From the NCBI GenBank assembly GCA_046861395.1, contig JBHHUC010000011.1, forward strand, positions 1 to 48,893: a DNA stretch of 48,893 nucleotides, given 5' to 3'. The notes below the pieces were generated by a model. That model ran no database searches, was not told where the DNA came from, and saw only the letters and a program-made list of their open reading frames with translations. Source of the stretch: Fidelibacterota bacterium. GTDB lineage: Bacteria > Fidelibacterota > Marinisomatia > Marinisomatales > JABMOV01. A program made the translations under genes and the position numbers. Below, one piece after another: positions 32,704 to 42,465 of the stretch; the stretch's first letter is position 1, and the number at the start of each line of letters is the position of its first letter.

Positions 32704-33327
32704 ATGAAAATACATGAACCAACCACAACGATGACGGATTTTCTCATCGCCGGTTGCACCGTCTGGTTCAGCGGACGGCTACTCTTATTGGATATCGATT
32801 CTTTTCATTTCTGGTGGAGTGTGGTTTTCAGCACCATCAGTCTGGGTGCTTTTCTGGGAGCCATACGACACGGCTGGGGACCGTCCTTGGGGTCGGATTG
32901 GACTCGATTACTAAATCTGGCGACATATGCCTTTGTCGGTCTTACCGCCGCAACCATGATCATTGCAACCTTGTTGCACTATTATGCCTATCCCCGATTG
33001 AAAATCGTGTTGATTCTCCTGGGTCTATCCTGGCTGATTTACGTCTGGATTGCCAGGCACCGCATGTCCTTTTCAACCGTCGTGTATTATTACGTCCCAG
33101 CCCTGATTATGAGCGGAGCTTTAGTGGCCTGGAATTCGCAAGGTCACTATTCGGATGGTGAAATATGGATCATGGTTGGAATGATGATCAGCCTGTTAGC
33201 AGGCGGAGTGCAAATCGGGAAATTTTCCCTTCATCGCCATTTCAATCATAATGATCTGTATCATGTCATTCAATTGGCGGGGTTGTTCATGATTTATTAT
33301 GGGGTACGCCTTATTCCGGCAGCGTAA
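32704..33327 (+). CDS. 7-TM membrane protein, DUF6962-like
   Basis: HEPTTTMTDFLIA, GAIRHG and HFNHNDLYH motifs; about seven hydrophobic segments; 1-bp gap after the deiminase gene. Confidence 0.65.
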   Translation: MKIHEPTTTMTDFLIAGCTVWFSGRLLLLDIDSFHFWWSVVFSTISLGAFLGAIRHGWGPSLGSDWTRLLNLATYAFVGLTAATMIIATLLHYYAYPRLKIVLILLGLSWLIYVWIARHRMSFSTVVYYYVPALIMSGALVAWNSQGHYSDGEIWIMVGMMISLLAGGVQIGKFSLHRHFNHNDLYHVIQLAGLFMIYYGVRLIPAA

Positions 33328-33394
33328 TGGTTTGGTGTTATGCGATATTGGAAGAAATTGAATACGAAACAATAAGCCGGAGGGAATTTCTCAT

Positions 33395-33419
33395 AAAAAA
33401 AGCCCGGTTTCCCGGGCTT
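33395..33419 (-). terminator. Rho-independent terminator of the RRM gene
   Basis: On the minus strand: AAGCCCGG-gaaa-CCGGGCTT followed by a T run. Confidence 0.8.
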
Positions 33420-33442
33420 CTAATCGTTTCCGATTCCGTGAT

Positions 33443-33712
33443 TTAGAATCGTGGACGCCGCGGTCTGTCTTCCCGGGGCCGGGCGACGCTGACGCGCATG
33501 TTTCTACCCTGATATTCAAGATCGTTTAAAGCATCGATCGCGGACTGACCTTCATCATCATTAGGCATTTCAACAAAACCGAATCCTTTGGATCTACCGG
33601 TCATACGATCGGAAATAATTTTTGCACTGGACACTTCACCGTGTTCGCCAAAAACTGAACGCAAGTCGTCTTCGGTTACATCATAGGATAGGTTTCCTAC
33701 ATATAAGTTCAT
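33443..33712 (-). CDS. RRM-domain RNA-binding protein
   Basis: RNP2 LYVGNL and RNP1 KGFGFVEM. Confidence 0.95.
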   Translation of the reverse strand: MNLYVGNLSYDVTEDDLRSVFGEHGEVSSAKIISDRMTGRSKGFGFVEMPNDDEGQSAIDALNDLEYQGRNMRVSVARPREDRPRRPRF

Positions 33713-33838
33713 GGGTTTCTCTCTACTTAGTTACGAATTGTCATGGTTTTTAACAATTATTGTCTAAAAACCACTAATAATTTAATTGGCAAATGATCGT
33801 TTACCTAATCTTAGATTTTTTCCAATTTCACGGTTGAA

Positions 33839-34330
33839 TCAGGATTTTTTCTTCAGGGATAAGGTCAGGGTAAACTGAGCCACCCGTTCGGGACCCACAG
33901 CCGGGACCGTGGCTGTAATGTTAACCGGTAGATTTTGTCGCTCTTCCGATTTCACAACGGATGCAACCAGCGCTTTGATCTTATCACCGTCGTGACAGGT
34001 GAAATGAACATCACCATCCGGGCGTTTCAGAAATGTTCCTTGGATGTCTTTAAATACGAGTGAGACTGGTACCCCAGCCCGCTGAATCAATTCCATTGCC
34101 AGGAATCCGCCGGCGCAATCAGCACCAACAGCCAGAGCCCCGAAATACATGGATCCCAAATGATTGCGGGTCCGGCGCCGCAAGGGAATCTTAACGATGA
34201 TGTGGTGATCATCAATGGCCACCACCGAGGGGCGGGCATAAAACAGCATGGGAATTTTTGTCAGGCCAAAAATCGTTAACCCCAGGTTGGCCCGGAACCG
34301 GCGGGGTAGCATAAACCGAAACATGTTCAC
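33839..34330 (-). CDS. DUF4442 / PaaI-like hotdog-fold thioesterase family protein
   Basis: RRRTRNHLGSMYFGALAVGADCAGG, SLVFKD...FLKRPDGDVHF.C. Confidence 0.8.
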   Translation of the reverse strand: MNMFRFMLPRRFRANLGLTIFGLTKIPMLFYARPSVVAIDDHHIIVKIPLRRRTRNHLGSMYFGALAVGADCAGGFLAMELIQRAGVPVSLVFKDIQGTFLKRPDGDVHFTCHDGDKIKALVASVVKSEERQNLPVNITATVPAVGPERVAQFTLTLSLKKKS

Positions 34331-34501
34331 ATCATTCTCCTGAAGTCTTTATTACAATTATAAAAATTAGATCATTTTTCCCTGCGGCCATAGAAAGATA
34401 AAATATTGTGATAAATTGCAGGAACATGATGATTTTTATAAATATTCAGCATGTGAAACAGTAAATTCCACCCCGTTTTTTTAAGAGAAGAAGGAAGTCT
34501 A

Positions 34502-35791
34502 GTGGATATTAAGGTACACCAACCCAATCGTTATACCCGGGAGCTGGAAATTGTTGTTCCCTGGGAAGAAATCGAACCGGATTTTGAGAAGGCGATAAAA
34601 ACATTTTCCAAGCGAGTCAAGCAGCCGGGTTTCAGACCGGGACATGTTCCCCGAAAGGTCATCATGTCGAATTATCTATCCCACATTGAATTGGATTTTG
34701 TGGAAAAGTCATTCAATAAATACTATATAGAAGCGCTGAAAGAAAAAGATTTGACCCCCGTCAATCAGGCCAGTATTTCAGACCTTGATTTTCATTATCA
34801 GTCGGATTTGAAATTCAAAGCGACGTTTGAGATTGAGCCGGAAGTGACCGTGCCGGTCCTGAAGAAAAACAGTCTGAAAGTTGAAAAGACCGTTTACATT
34901 TCCGATGAAGAAGACATTAATCTGGCGGTTGATGATATTCGTCGTCGTTATATGAATGTAGTCACCGTGGAAGATGGTGCTCAGTCCGGACATTTCATTG
35001 TCTGTGACCTGCAACAGGTGGACGAGGGCGGTGTTCCCTTGATCGGACAGAAGCTGGAAGGTCGTTATATTAAGATCGGTGATGGTATATTCACGGGAGA
35101 TTTGGAAAAACAGTTAATCGGGTTGAAGGCCGGGGATGAAGTTGTGATTGATACCCCGGATGAAAACGATGGTACCGTCAAATACCGGGTTCACGTAACA
35201 AAAGTTGAAGATCATCAATTACCTGAAGTGGATGAATCCTTTGTCAAGACAGTTGACAATGAAGTGAAATCCGTGGAGGAATGGAAGGAAAAAATTCGGC
35301 AATCCATTGATGATGAATATACGCAGCGCAGTGAAGAAGCACTGGAACGCCAGTTGGCCGATAGTCTGATTGAAAAAGCAGATATTGAATACCCGCCCTC
35401 CATGGTGGCCGCCTATCTGGAACATCTGATGGAGGATGTGAAGAAATCGAACCCGGGAACCCCGCTGGATGAAGAGCAGGTCCGCAAAACCTATACTCCG
35501 GTAGCCGAACGAAACATGAAATGGTATTTGTTACGGAAAGCCATTATCCGGGAACAGGATCTTACGGTATCCCGGGAGGAAGTACAGGTGGAAATCCAGC
35601 GCCTGAAAGACCGGTCCCCAGACTATGCCAAGGATATCGAAAAATATTATAAAAAACCGAGTAATCGGGAAAAGATCGAAGACGATCTCATGGAAAAGAA
35701 AATCCTGGAATACATCAAACAATTTGCTAAAATCAAGGAAGTCAAAGTCCATACCAAGGACATCCGTTCCCAGGCCAATGAGGAGGCATGA
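34502..35791 (+). CDS. tig: Trigger factor
   Basis: PGFRPGHVP ribosome-binding signature, central FKBP-like domain, and position upstream of clpP-clpX. Confidence 0.93.
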   Translation: MDIKVHQPNRYTRELEIVVPWEEIEPDFEKAIKTFSKRVKQPGFRPGHVPRKVIMSNYLSHIELDFVEKSFNKYYIEALKEKDLTPVNQASISDLDFHYQSDLKFKATFEIEPEVTVPVLKKNSLKVEKTVYISDEEDINLAVDDIRRRYMNVVTVEDGAQSGHFIVCDLQQVDEGGVPLIGQKLEGRYIKIGDGIFTGDLEKQLIGLKAGDEVVIDTPDENDGTVKYRVHVTKVEDHQLPEVDESFVKTVDNEVKSVEEWKEKIRQSIDDEYTQRSEEALERQLADSLIEKADIEYPPSMVAAYLEHLMEDVKKSNPGTPLDEEQVRKTYTPVAERNMKWYLLRKAIIREQDLTVSREEVQVEIQRLKDRSPDYAKDIEKYYKKPSNREKIEDDLMEKKILEYIKQFAKIKEVKVHTKDIRSQANEEA

Positions 35792-35792
35792 A

Positions 35793-36398
35793 ATGAAATC
35801 CAATGAAATTGCCCAATTAATTCCCATGGTTGTCGAACAGAGCGGCCGGACCGAGCGGGCTTTTGATATTTATTCCCGCCTTTTGAAAGAGCGTATTATT
35901 TTTCTTGGGACGCCCATTGATGACAATGTCGCTTCCCTGATTATCGCCCAGTTATTGTTCCTCGAATCTGACAATGATGAAAGGGATATCAATCTCTATA
36001 TCAATTCACCGGGAGGCTACGTGACGGCCGGTCTGGCGATTTATGATACCATGCATTATATCAAACCGGATATTGCCACAATCTGTATCGGTCAGGCTTC
36101 TTCCATGGCGGCTCTACTTCTGGCGGGCGGTACCAAAGGTAAACGGTCGGCCCTACCGAATTCGCGGGTCATGATTCATCAACCCCTGGGCGGTGCCGAA
36201 GGCCAGGCCAGCGATATCAAGATCCAGGCCGATGAAATATTAAAACTGAGAGTCCAGCTCAATAAAATCCTGGCCAAAAGTACCGGACAAACTGTGAAAC
36301 GCATTGAGCGGGATACGGACCGGAATTTCTTCATGAGCGCCGAAGAAGCCAAGCAATACGGTATTATTGATTCAATCCTGATAAAACGGAACACCTGA
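35793..36398 (+). CDS. clpP: ATP-dependent Clp protease proteolytic subunit
   Basis: [28 protein letters not shown] (catalytic Ser), [21 protein letters not shown] precedes ATG at 35793. Confidence 0.97.
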   Translation: MKSNEIAQLIPMVVEQSGRTERAFDIYSRLLKERIIFLGTPIDDNVASLIIAQLLFLESDNDERDINLYINSPGGYVTAGLAIYDTMHYIKPDIATICIGQASSMAALLLAGGTKGKRSALPNSRVMIHQPLGGAEGQASDIKIQADEILKLRVQLNKILAKSTGQTVKRIERDTDRNFFMSAEEAKQYGIIDSILIKRNT

Positions 36399-36399
36399 C

Positions 36400-37503
36400 A
36401 TGATTGCCAACGAATCCAATCCCGACACCTTTAAACTGCATAAACCTTCGGAAATAAAAACATTCCTGGATCAGTACATCATTGGACAGGATGATGCCAA
36501 GCGCACCATGTCGGTGGCCGTTTACAACCATTTTAAACGACTGATACATAATTATTCTCAGGACGATGTGGAAATCGAAAAAAGTAATATTCTGCTCATT
36601 GGGCCAACAGGTACGGGAAAGACCCTCATTGCCCAGACACTGGCAAAAATGCTGTCCGTACCATTCGCCATAACCGATGCCACTACTCTCACGGAAGCCG
36701 GATATGTGGGTGAGGATGTTGAAAATATCTTGGTACGTCTTCTTCAGGTGTCAGACTATAATGTAGCGGCAGCGGAACATGGCATTGTCTATATTGATGA
36801 AATCGACAAGGTCGGTCGCAAGGGAAACAGTCCCTCCATTACCCGTGACGTCAGTGGTGAAGGCGTACAGCAATCCCTGCTGAAAATCCTGGAAGGAACG
36901 GTGGCTCATGTTCCGCCGCAGGGAGGACGGAAACATCCGGAACAACCTCTGATTCCCATCAATACAAAAAATATTCTGTTTATCTGCGGCGGATTGTTCG
37001 ACGGATTAAGTGAAATCATCGAACATCGCCTGGGACAACGGTCCATCGGATTTGAGCGGCAGCAGAAAAAGGTTAAGCCGGGAAAAAATGTTACGGATAA
37101 AATTCTGCGTTACGTCGAATCGGAAGATTTAGTACACTACGGTTTAATTCCTGAACTTGTGGGTCGCTTACCCGTCCTGACCACGCTCCAGCATCTGGAT
37201 TACGATGCCTATTTCCGCATTTTGACCGAACCGCGAAATGCCCTTGTCAAACAGTACCAGCGCTTGTTTGCCATGGATGGTGTCAAATTGAAATTCAGTG
37301 ATGATGGCTTCGATGAAATTATTCACCGCACCATGAAGCGCAACTCAGGGGCCCGTGCCCTGCGCTCCGTGATGGAGGAAGTCATGGTGGATATCCAGTT
37401 TCATCTGCCGGATATTGATCATGTGAAATCGATTACGATTACACGAGATGTAGTACGGGGAAAGCGCAAGCCCCATTTACGGCGACGGAAGAAAAGTGCC
37501 TGA
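36400..37503 (+). CDS. clpX: Clp protease ATP-binding subunit ClpX, lacking the N-terminal C4 zinc-binding domain
   Basis: [44 protein letters not shown] loop, GARALR. No CxxC pair; the frame is closed by TAA at 36382. Confidence 0.95.
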   Translation: MIANESNPDTFKLHKPSEIKTFLDQYIIGQDDAKRTMSVAVYNHFKRLIHNYSQDDVEIEKSNILLIGPTGTGKTLIAQTLAKMLSVPFAITDATTLTEAGYVGEDVENILVRLLQVSDYNVAAAEHGIVYIDEIDKVGRKGNSPSITRDVSGEGVQQSLLKILEGTVAHVPPQGGRKHPEQPLIPINTKNILFICGGLFDGLSEIIEHRLGQRSIGFERQQKKVKPGKNVTDKILRYVESEDLVHYGLIPELVGRLPVLTTLQHLDYDAYFRILTEPRNALVKQYQRLFAMDGVKLKFSDDGFDEIIHRTMKRNSGARALRSVMEEVMVDIQFHLPDIDHVKSITITRDVVRGKRKPHLRRRKKSA

Positions 37504-37570
37504 GATTCAAGCCCGCCGGGTAATTCCGCGGCAGGAAATATGTTTTAAGCAGAAAGATTGAGCAAAAAGG

Positions 37571-37604
37571 AAAACCCTCCAACAACTTGACGGAGGGTTT
37601 TTTG
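37571..37604. terminator. Probably bidirectional terminator between convergent clpX and the M6 protease gene
   Basis: AAAACCCTCC (37571-37580) / GGAGGGTTTT (37592-37601), with an A-rich flank on the left and a T-rich flank on the right. Confidence 0.75.
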
Positions 37605-37654
37605 ATTTCTTTCGGCTATTGGCGCAAAAGGACAACCATGGAAAATTTCCATTT

Positions 37655-40354
37655 CTATTTCATGAAAACCAGCTTGCGAGTGGTTTGGAAATCCCCGGCA
37701 CTGAAGCGGATGAAATACACCCCGCTGGACAGGCGTTTATGCTCCATATCGGTACCATTCCACCGGAAGTTGTAAGTGCCTGGTGAGAGGGTGTGATGTG
37801 AGGAATATACTCGTTGTCCCAGTAAACTGTAGATGGCAATCCGAACCTGGGCCGCTTCCGGTAAAGTATAATCCAACTGTGTGGCTGGATTGAAAGGATT
37901 GGGGTAAGCCGAGGAAAGGGAGTAATAGTCGGGTATACCTGCTTCCATATCGGTTCCCAGGTTGGGAATCAGTACCAAATATCCACTGGTAACATCCGTT
38001 TCCAATCCGGTATTTCCGTAGAAATCCATCATCAAACTGACGGCAAGATCCAGAATGATCGGACCCGACGGAGCATTGGGCTCAATATAATTATTCACAT
38101 AGAAGAGCGGTCCGTCCCCAACATCCATCGGGGTAAGTGTACTGGCGGCAACCTGAACGCCATCGACGGTATAAGCTACGTTGGCATTCCAGTCCGCCAT
38201 GCGGTCGGAGAATTCGATCATGGGAGTCCAGACACCATCTCCGTTTAAATCCTGTAAAGGTTCACCCAGGTCCCAACTGTTATTTCCGTTTTGATCCGTA
38301 TAGATTTCCTCCATGGGAATGACAAAATTCGACATGTCGGATACAGTAACAATCATCATTTTAACAGGAACGGGGTTCTGCAGGTAAACGGCATAGCGCC
38401 CATGTCCGCCGATCGTCCCGGAATCTGATGAAAAGTAGAAAAGTTGTGGTTGTGCGGTATAGGTATAGGTGCCGGGAGAGGTCTGAAATCCAATGCCGCC
38501 ACCGGTGATTGTCCAAGCCTCAATTTGTGCGACTGTTACCTGAGCGGTTCCGCTGATACCTGAATTCGTGAAAATATTCAGTCGTAGGAATTGACCATCG
38601 CCTACAGCAATGAGTGGATTGATCAGTTCAATATGATTTCCTGTAATGATGATAGAATCGACGGTAGTGCGGCCCAAGGGTTCTACACTTAGGATATCAA
38701 AAATACCCGGATCAAATTCGATTGTCAGATTCATGGCACCGATCTCAAAGGTATTACTCATTGTCAGATCAATTTGTCCGGTGGCGTAGGCCGAACCAAC
38801 ATTATTTTCTACGCCGATCTGGGCAATGTTGTATTCCCCGAAGGCCAGGTCGAAGGTCATGACCGAGTCAGGATCGGAAATATTTGTAAAGGCAATCATG
38901 GAGGGTACGGCATAATAGCTTTCTGTGTTGGGAACAGTGTTATAGGAGAACGCATGGTTATTGGTGCTGCCCGGGAAGGGGTCCCCGTTGTCACTGCCGC
39001 CGCCATTCTCCAGATTGAATTGTCCGTCGGCCTGCTCCAATCCAACACCATAATGAGGTTCGTCGTTATTGACGCCCCATCCGCTGGTTTTTTCAGTATC
39101 TATATGCCAGAATAATAATCCTGGTGAAGGCATATTGATATCGGTTCCCACTTTCTGACGATTTTCCACTAGCCAGTACTCCGATGTATCATAGCCGTGG
39201 TTGATTTGATAGATAATATTACTGGTATAGGACTGGGGCAATGTGATCCCGGTTTGATCGGTGGTTAAAGGGATGACATTGGTCCAGCCCAGTTCGGTCT
39301 TACACCAAGCATTCATCGCGGACGGATACCAGGGTGTATTGCCGGCTGTTCCCCAGGAACCACTGGCCATTAAGGCCAGTTTTCCGGCTCCGGAAGATGA
39401 ATAGTCGGTATCATATAAATCAGGCAGCCCCAAGGCATGACCGAATTCATGGGCAATGACACCGATGGCCACAACATTATTACTTTGCATTTCGGGATTC
39501 ATGGTGTAGGAGTTGATCCAGACCCCGTCATACTGAACCTGAAGATTGGCAGCAGACAAGGACCATTTATGTGACCAGATATTGCTTTGGTCACCCTGTT
39601 CGGCTCCAGGGCCGGCATGGAGTAAATTTAAGGCATCTACCGTGCCGTCACCGTCGTTATCGAACTGTGACCAATTCATGCCATGGGCTTCGGCCGAATC
39701 GACGATGGCTCGAACCAACGTGAGCACATGTTGATATCCGTTGGGATTGCTATAAGCATAATAATCATGATTATGCGGCGCTGTGTACCAACCGTCCACG
39801 AGGGATACGGGATCAAATTGCCCGTAGGATATTTCGTGGTAAAAGTCACGGAAACTGCCACTGCCGGGATGTCCCGGATGACCGTAGGTTCCGACCGAAT
39901 TCATTAATGTATCAAATACCGCTTGATCATATTGGTTTCCATAATCCGGAAAATCGACTAATAATAACGGAACACGGAAGGTATCGGTCCGGGCTACTTG
40001 TAAGTTGGGCGGGGTCGCGTCCATCCTGACCTTCATTCGTTCCGGGCGTAAATGCTTGGGAATATTGAGACTCGCCGGATCCGTGGCCCGAACGACCTGG
40101 GAACCGGGAATTAGATGGCGACCATTGATACCGGTGGCATAGACCCACCAGCCATCCTCGGTTTGAACACAGGAATATCCGTTCAGGGTCTCATGCCAGC
40201 CAGCCCATTCATCACCCCGGACATGTCCGCGAAACGTTGAGCCGTCCGGTTGGACAAACGTGATAATCTCCGGACTGGCATCCACTGCCAACAGGTGGGA
40301 AAACTGCGCCAGGAGAAAAAGGGAGAAAATTTTCATTTTTTGTGATTTTATCAT
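37655..40354 (-). CDS. Secreted M6 (immune inhibitor A-like) metalloprotease + two cohesin-like domains + T9SS-like C-terminal sorting domain
   Basis: Signal peptide, QPDGS...GDEW propeptide, LLVDFPD, GSFRDFY.EISYG, IWSHKW, HEFGHALGLPDLYD, AWCK..LGW, EYWLVENRQ; CTD AYPNPFNP...IYSLLGQ...WNG...SSGVYF...KLVFMK. The start could be 40336. Confidence 0.88.
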   Translation of the reverse strand: MIKSQKMKIFSLFLLAQFSHLLAVDASPEIITFVQPDGSTFRGHVRGDEWAGWHETLNGYSCVQTEDGWWVYATGINGRHLIPGSQVVRATDPASLNIPKHLRPERMKVRMDATPPNLQVARTDTFRVPLLLVDFPDYGNQYDQAVFDTLMNSVGTYGHPGHPGSGSFRDFYHEISYGQFDPVSLVDGWYTAPHNHDYYAYSNPNGYQHVLTLVRAIVDSAEAHGMNWSQFDNDGDGTVDALNLLHAGPGAEQGDQSNIWSHKWSLSAANLQVQYDGVWINSYTMNPEMQSNNVVAIGVIAHEFGHALGLPDLYDTDYSSSGAGKLALMASGSWGTAGNTPWYPSAMNAWCKTELGWTNVIPLTTDQTGITLPQSYTSNIIYQINHGYDTSEYWLVENRQKVGTDINMPSPGLLFWHIDTEKTSGWGVNNDEPHYGVGLEQADGQFNLENGGGSDNGDPFPGSTNNHAFSYNTVPNTESYYAVPSMIAFTNISDPDSVMTFDLAFGEYNIAQIGVENNVGSAYATGQIDLTMSNTFEIGAMNLTIEFDPGIFDILSVEPLGRTTVDSIIITGNHIELINPLIAVGDGQFLRLNIFTNSGISGTAQVTVAQIEAWTITGGGIGFQTSPGTYTYTAQPQLFYFSSDSGTIGGHGRYAVYLQNPVPVKMMIVTVSDMSNFVIPMEEIYTDQNGNNSWDLGEPLQDLNGDGVWTPMIEFSDRMADWNANVAYTVDGVQVAASTLTPMDVGDGPLFYVNNYIEPNAPSGPIILDLAVSLMMDFYGNTGLETDVTSGYLVLIPNLGTDMEAGIPDYYSLSSAYPNPFNPATQLDYTLPEAAQVRIAIYSLLGQRVYSSHHTLSPGTYNFRWNGTDMEHKRLSSGVYFIRFSAGDFQTTRKLVFMK

Positions 40355-40428
40355 TCGATTCTGCTACTAAACAAGGGTGATGGTGGTGTATATTTTCGCC
40401 ATTCTTTTTCAAAAATCGACGAAAAATC

Positions 40429-42462
40429 ATGCCACTGAAATTATCACACACATTACGATATGCAATGGTGATTTTATTCACCGTGTTTGCCTGCGAAGAG
40501 TCGGTTGACAAAACTAGTAATATCAATGAATTAACAAATACATTATCCGACCCTGAGGTCGGGAATGGTATTACGGGGGCGCTGGATGAGTATTTTTATG
40601 ACGTAACCCAGGCTGTCGATGTCTCTTTTTACCGCTACGATATTACCAATTTCGGTCTGGGCTACAGCCAGTACCGGATACTCTTCGGCGAGGAACCACC
40701 GGTCTTATCCTTAAAAAACTTTCCCGACTATCTGGCGGAAATCCATGCCAATGAAACGTCCTATACCCAACGGACGGGCATTGATACTCTGCCGACGACG
40801 GAAATTGTTATAGAGGATTCGGTAACCATAAGTTCCATTCGATTTAAAGATCTGGAAGCCATTGATTGGGATTATGATACCGATTTGAGTCTCCAGCGCT
40901 ATAAACCGGTGAGTTCAACCTGGATATTTGAGGATGTGGTTGAATATTATTCCGATACGGCCCAGGCCCGCTATTACCAGGCCGTGGTGGATACGCCCAT
41001 CATCAACCAGGGATTATTATTCGTGGATCAGTCGGAATGGGTAGATACGACCTATGAATATTCCGCCTCACAGATTCCCTTCACACACACCTTTCATTTC
41101 ACACGGAAACAGTTAAGTGCCGATTCCCTGATTTACCGGACGAACTGCGACTGCAATGATAACGGTGTCTGGGATCCGGCCGAAACGGGTGACGTGGGTA
41201 ACGGTATCTGGGATCCGGCCGAACCGTATTATGATATCAACGGCAACGGAACCCGGGACGGTGGTGAACCCTTTGAAGATCGGAACTGCAACGGGACATG
41301 GGATGATGCCGAAGTCCTGACGGTGGATGCCAATGGCAATGGCGTCTTTGACCCCGGAGATGTTTTTGTGGATGAAGGTAACGGGATCGAAAACGAAGAG
41401 GCCGAATGTTACACCGACCTCAATCATAACGGCATGCCCGATAACAATGAATTATTTACCTGGACCTCCATTCCCAATAATCTTCTGGTCACCTGGACCG
41501 ATTCCATTCATTCTCAGGTTCTGATCCATGTGGCCGCCGGAGACTCGGTGCGTACACGATGGGGCATTGTATATCCCAATGTGATAGAAACGGTGGACTT
41601 CACCGATGAAAAAACCATATTTGTCGATGATATGGATTCAATTGTTACATTATATACCAATGAGGTGATTGAATATATACCCGATGCTGCCGACGGCAAT
41701 TATTTCATCATGAAAACCGAGTGGGGCGAGGGCGCCGATCGCAATTATGATTATCTCCTGTTTAAACTGGACGGACATCTATATCAGGTCGTTCATCCCA
41801 CTTATTTTGCTCCGGAAGGATTCCTGAACAATTTTTGGGTCAGTGATGACGTTGTGGAGGAAATACTGTACTATACCGATAACGGCCGGTTACGCGACGG
41901 CGAACGAGTGGAGGAAGTGTATTATGATACGACTTCCGTGTCCATCTATAAAATTGAGAAAACATTTTCTGTTGCCGCCGATACAATTACGGTTCCGGGT
42001 GCCAGTCAACGCGGGATTCCGAACAATGGCGCATATTCCTGTCTGTCTGATACGACATTATCTGTGACGGATATGACAGACTGTCCTGCCGTGGATACGA
42101 CGTTTACGGACTGTTTCCGGATTACGCGTGAATTGCGCATGACCATGATTGGGACCGGTGTAGAATACGGACAACGCGATATTTCATGGCTGGCCAAGGG
42201 ACGGGGACTGGTTCAGGACGAATTATATATTCGCTGGTCGGAAAGTCCCCTGAACAATGACGGCGAAGCCTGGTTTGGGATATCCAAGTGGGAATTGGGT
42301 GCCTTCAGCGCCACGACATCCTCCGGTGGGAACGCCCGCTGGTTGAATGCCATGCATACGAAAAAACTCGATGAATTCCGTTCTTTGCCGGACTCGGAGG
42401 ATGATCCTTACATGATTAACCATGTCGCCGGTTTCCAACGCGTAGATTTACCCAGGGATTAA
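40429..42462 (+). CDS. Acidic lipoprotein with a central array of DxNxNGxWD repeats
   Basis: Lipobox VFA-C22 followed by acidic EESVD; about seven DxN(G)NGxWD-like units in the middle; first gene of an operon with the TBDR. Confidence 0.8.
   Translation: MPLKLSHTLRYAMVILFTVFACEESVDKTSNINELTNTLSDPEVGNGITGALDEYFYDVTQAVDVSFYRYDITNFGLGYSQYRILFGEEPPVLSLKNFPDYLAEIHANETSYTQRTGIDTLPTTEIVIEDSVTISSIRFKDLEAIDWDYDTDLSLQRYKPVSSTWIFEDVVEYYSDTAQARYYQAVVDTPIINQGLLFVDQSEWVDTTYEYSASQIPFTHTFHFTRKQLSADSLIYRTNCDCNDNGVWDPAETGDVGNGIWDPAEPYYDINGNGTRDGGEPFEDRNCNGTWDDAEVLTVDANGNGVFDPGDVFVDEGNGIENEEAECYTDLNHNGMPDNNELFTWTSIPNNLLVTWTDSIHSQVLIHVAAGDSVRTRWGIVYPNVIETVDFTDEKTIFVDDMDSIVTLYTNEVIEYIPDAADGNYFIMKTEWGEGADRNYDYLLFKLDGHLYQVVHPTYFAPEGFLNNFWVSDDVVEEILYYTDNGRLRDGERVEEVYYDTTSVSIYKIEKTFSVAADTITVPGASQRGIPNNGAYSCLSDTTLSVTDMTDCPAVDTTFTDCFRITRELRMTMIGTGVEYGQRDISWLAKGRGLVQDELYIRWSESPLNNDGEAWFGISKWELGAFSATTSSGGNARWLNAMHTKKLDEFRSLPDSEDDPYMINHVAGFQRVDLPRD
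41161..41223 (+). repeat. Intragenic direct repeat, 24 nt x2, 39-nt period
   Basis: AACGGTGTCTGGGATCCGGCCGAA (41161-41184) versus AACGGTATCTGGGATCCGGCCGAA (41200-41223): 23/24 identical; encodes NG(V/I)WDPAE. Confidence 0.9.
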
Positions 42463-42465
42463 TCA

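Noticed and set aside
34445..34460. parS-like TTCAGCATGTGAAACA (also TGTTTCATGAGCAAGT near 2863)
   Set aside because: Only one half matches TGTTTCACGTGAAACA; no convincing parS palindrome was found despite parAB being present.
41149..41460. Repeats as a CRISPR array or mobile element
   Set aside because: They are in-frame coding repeats, only two copies are near-identical, and there are no spacers, cas genes or transposase.
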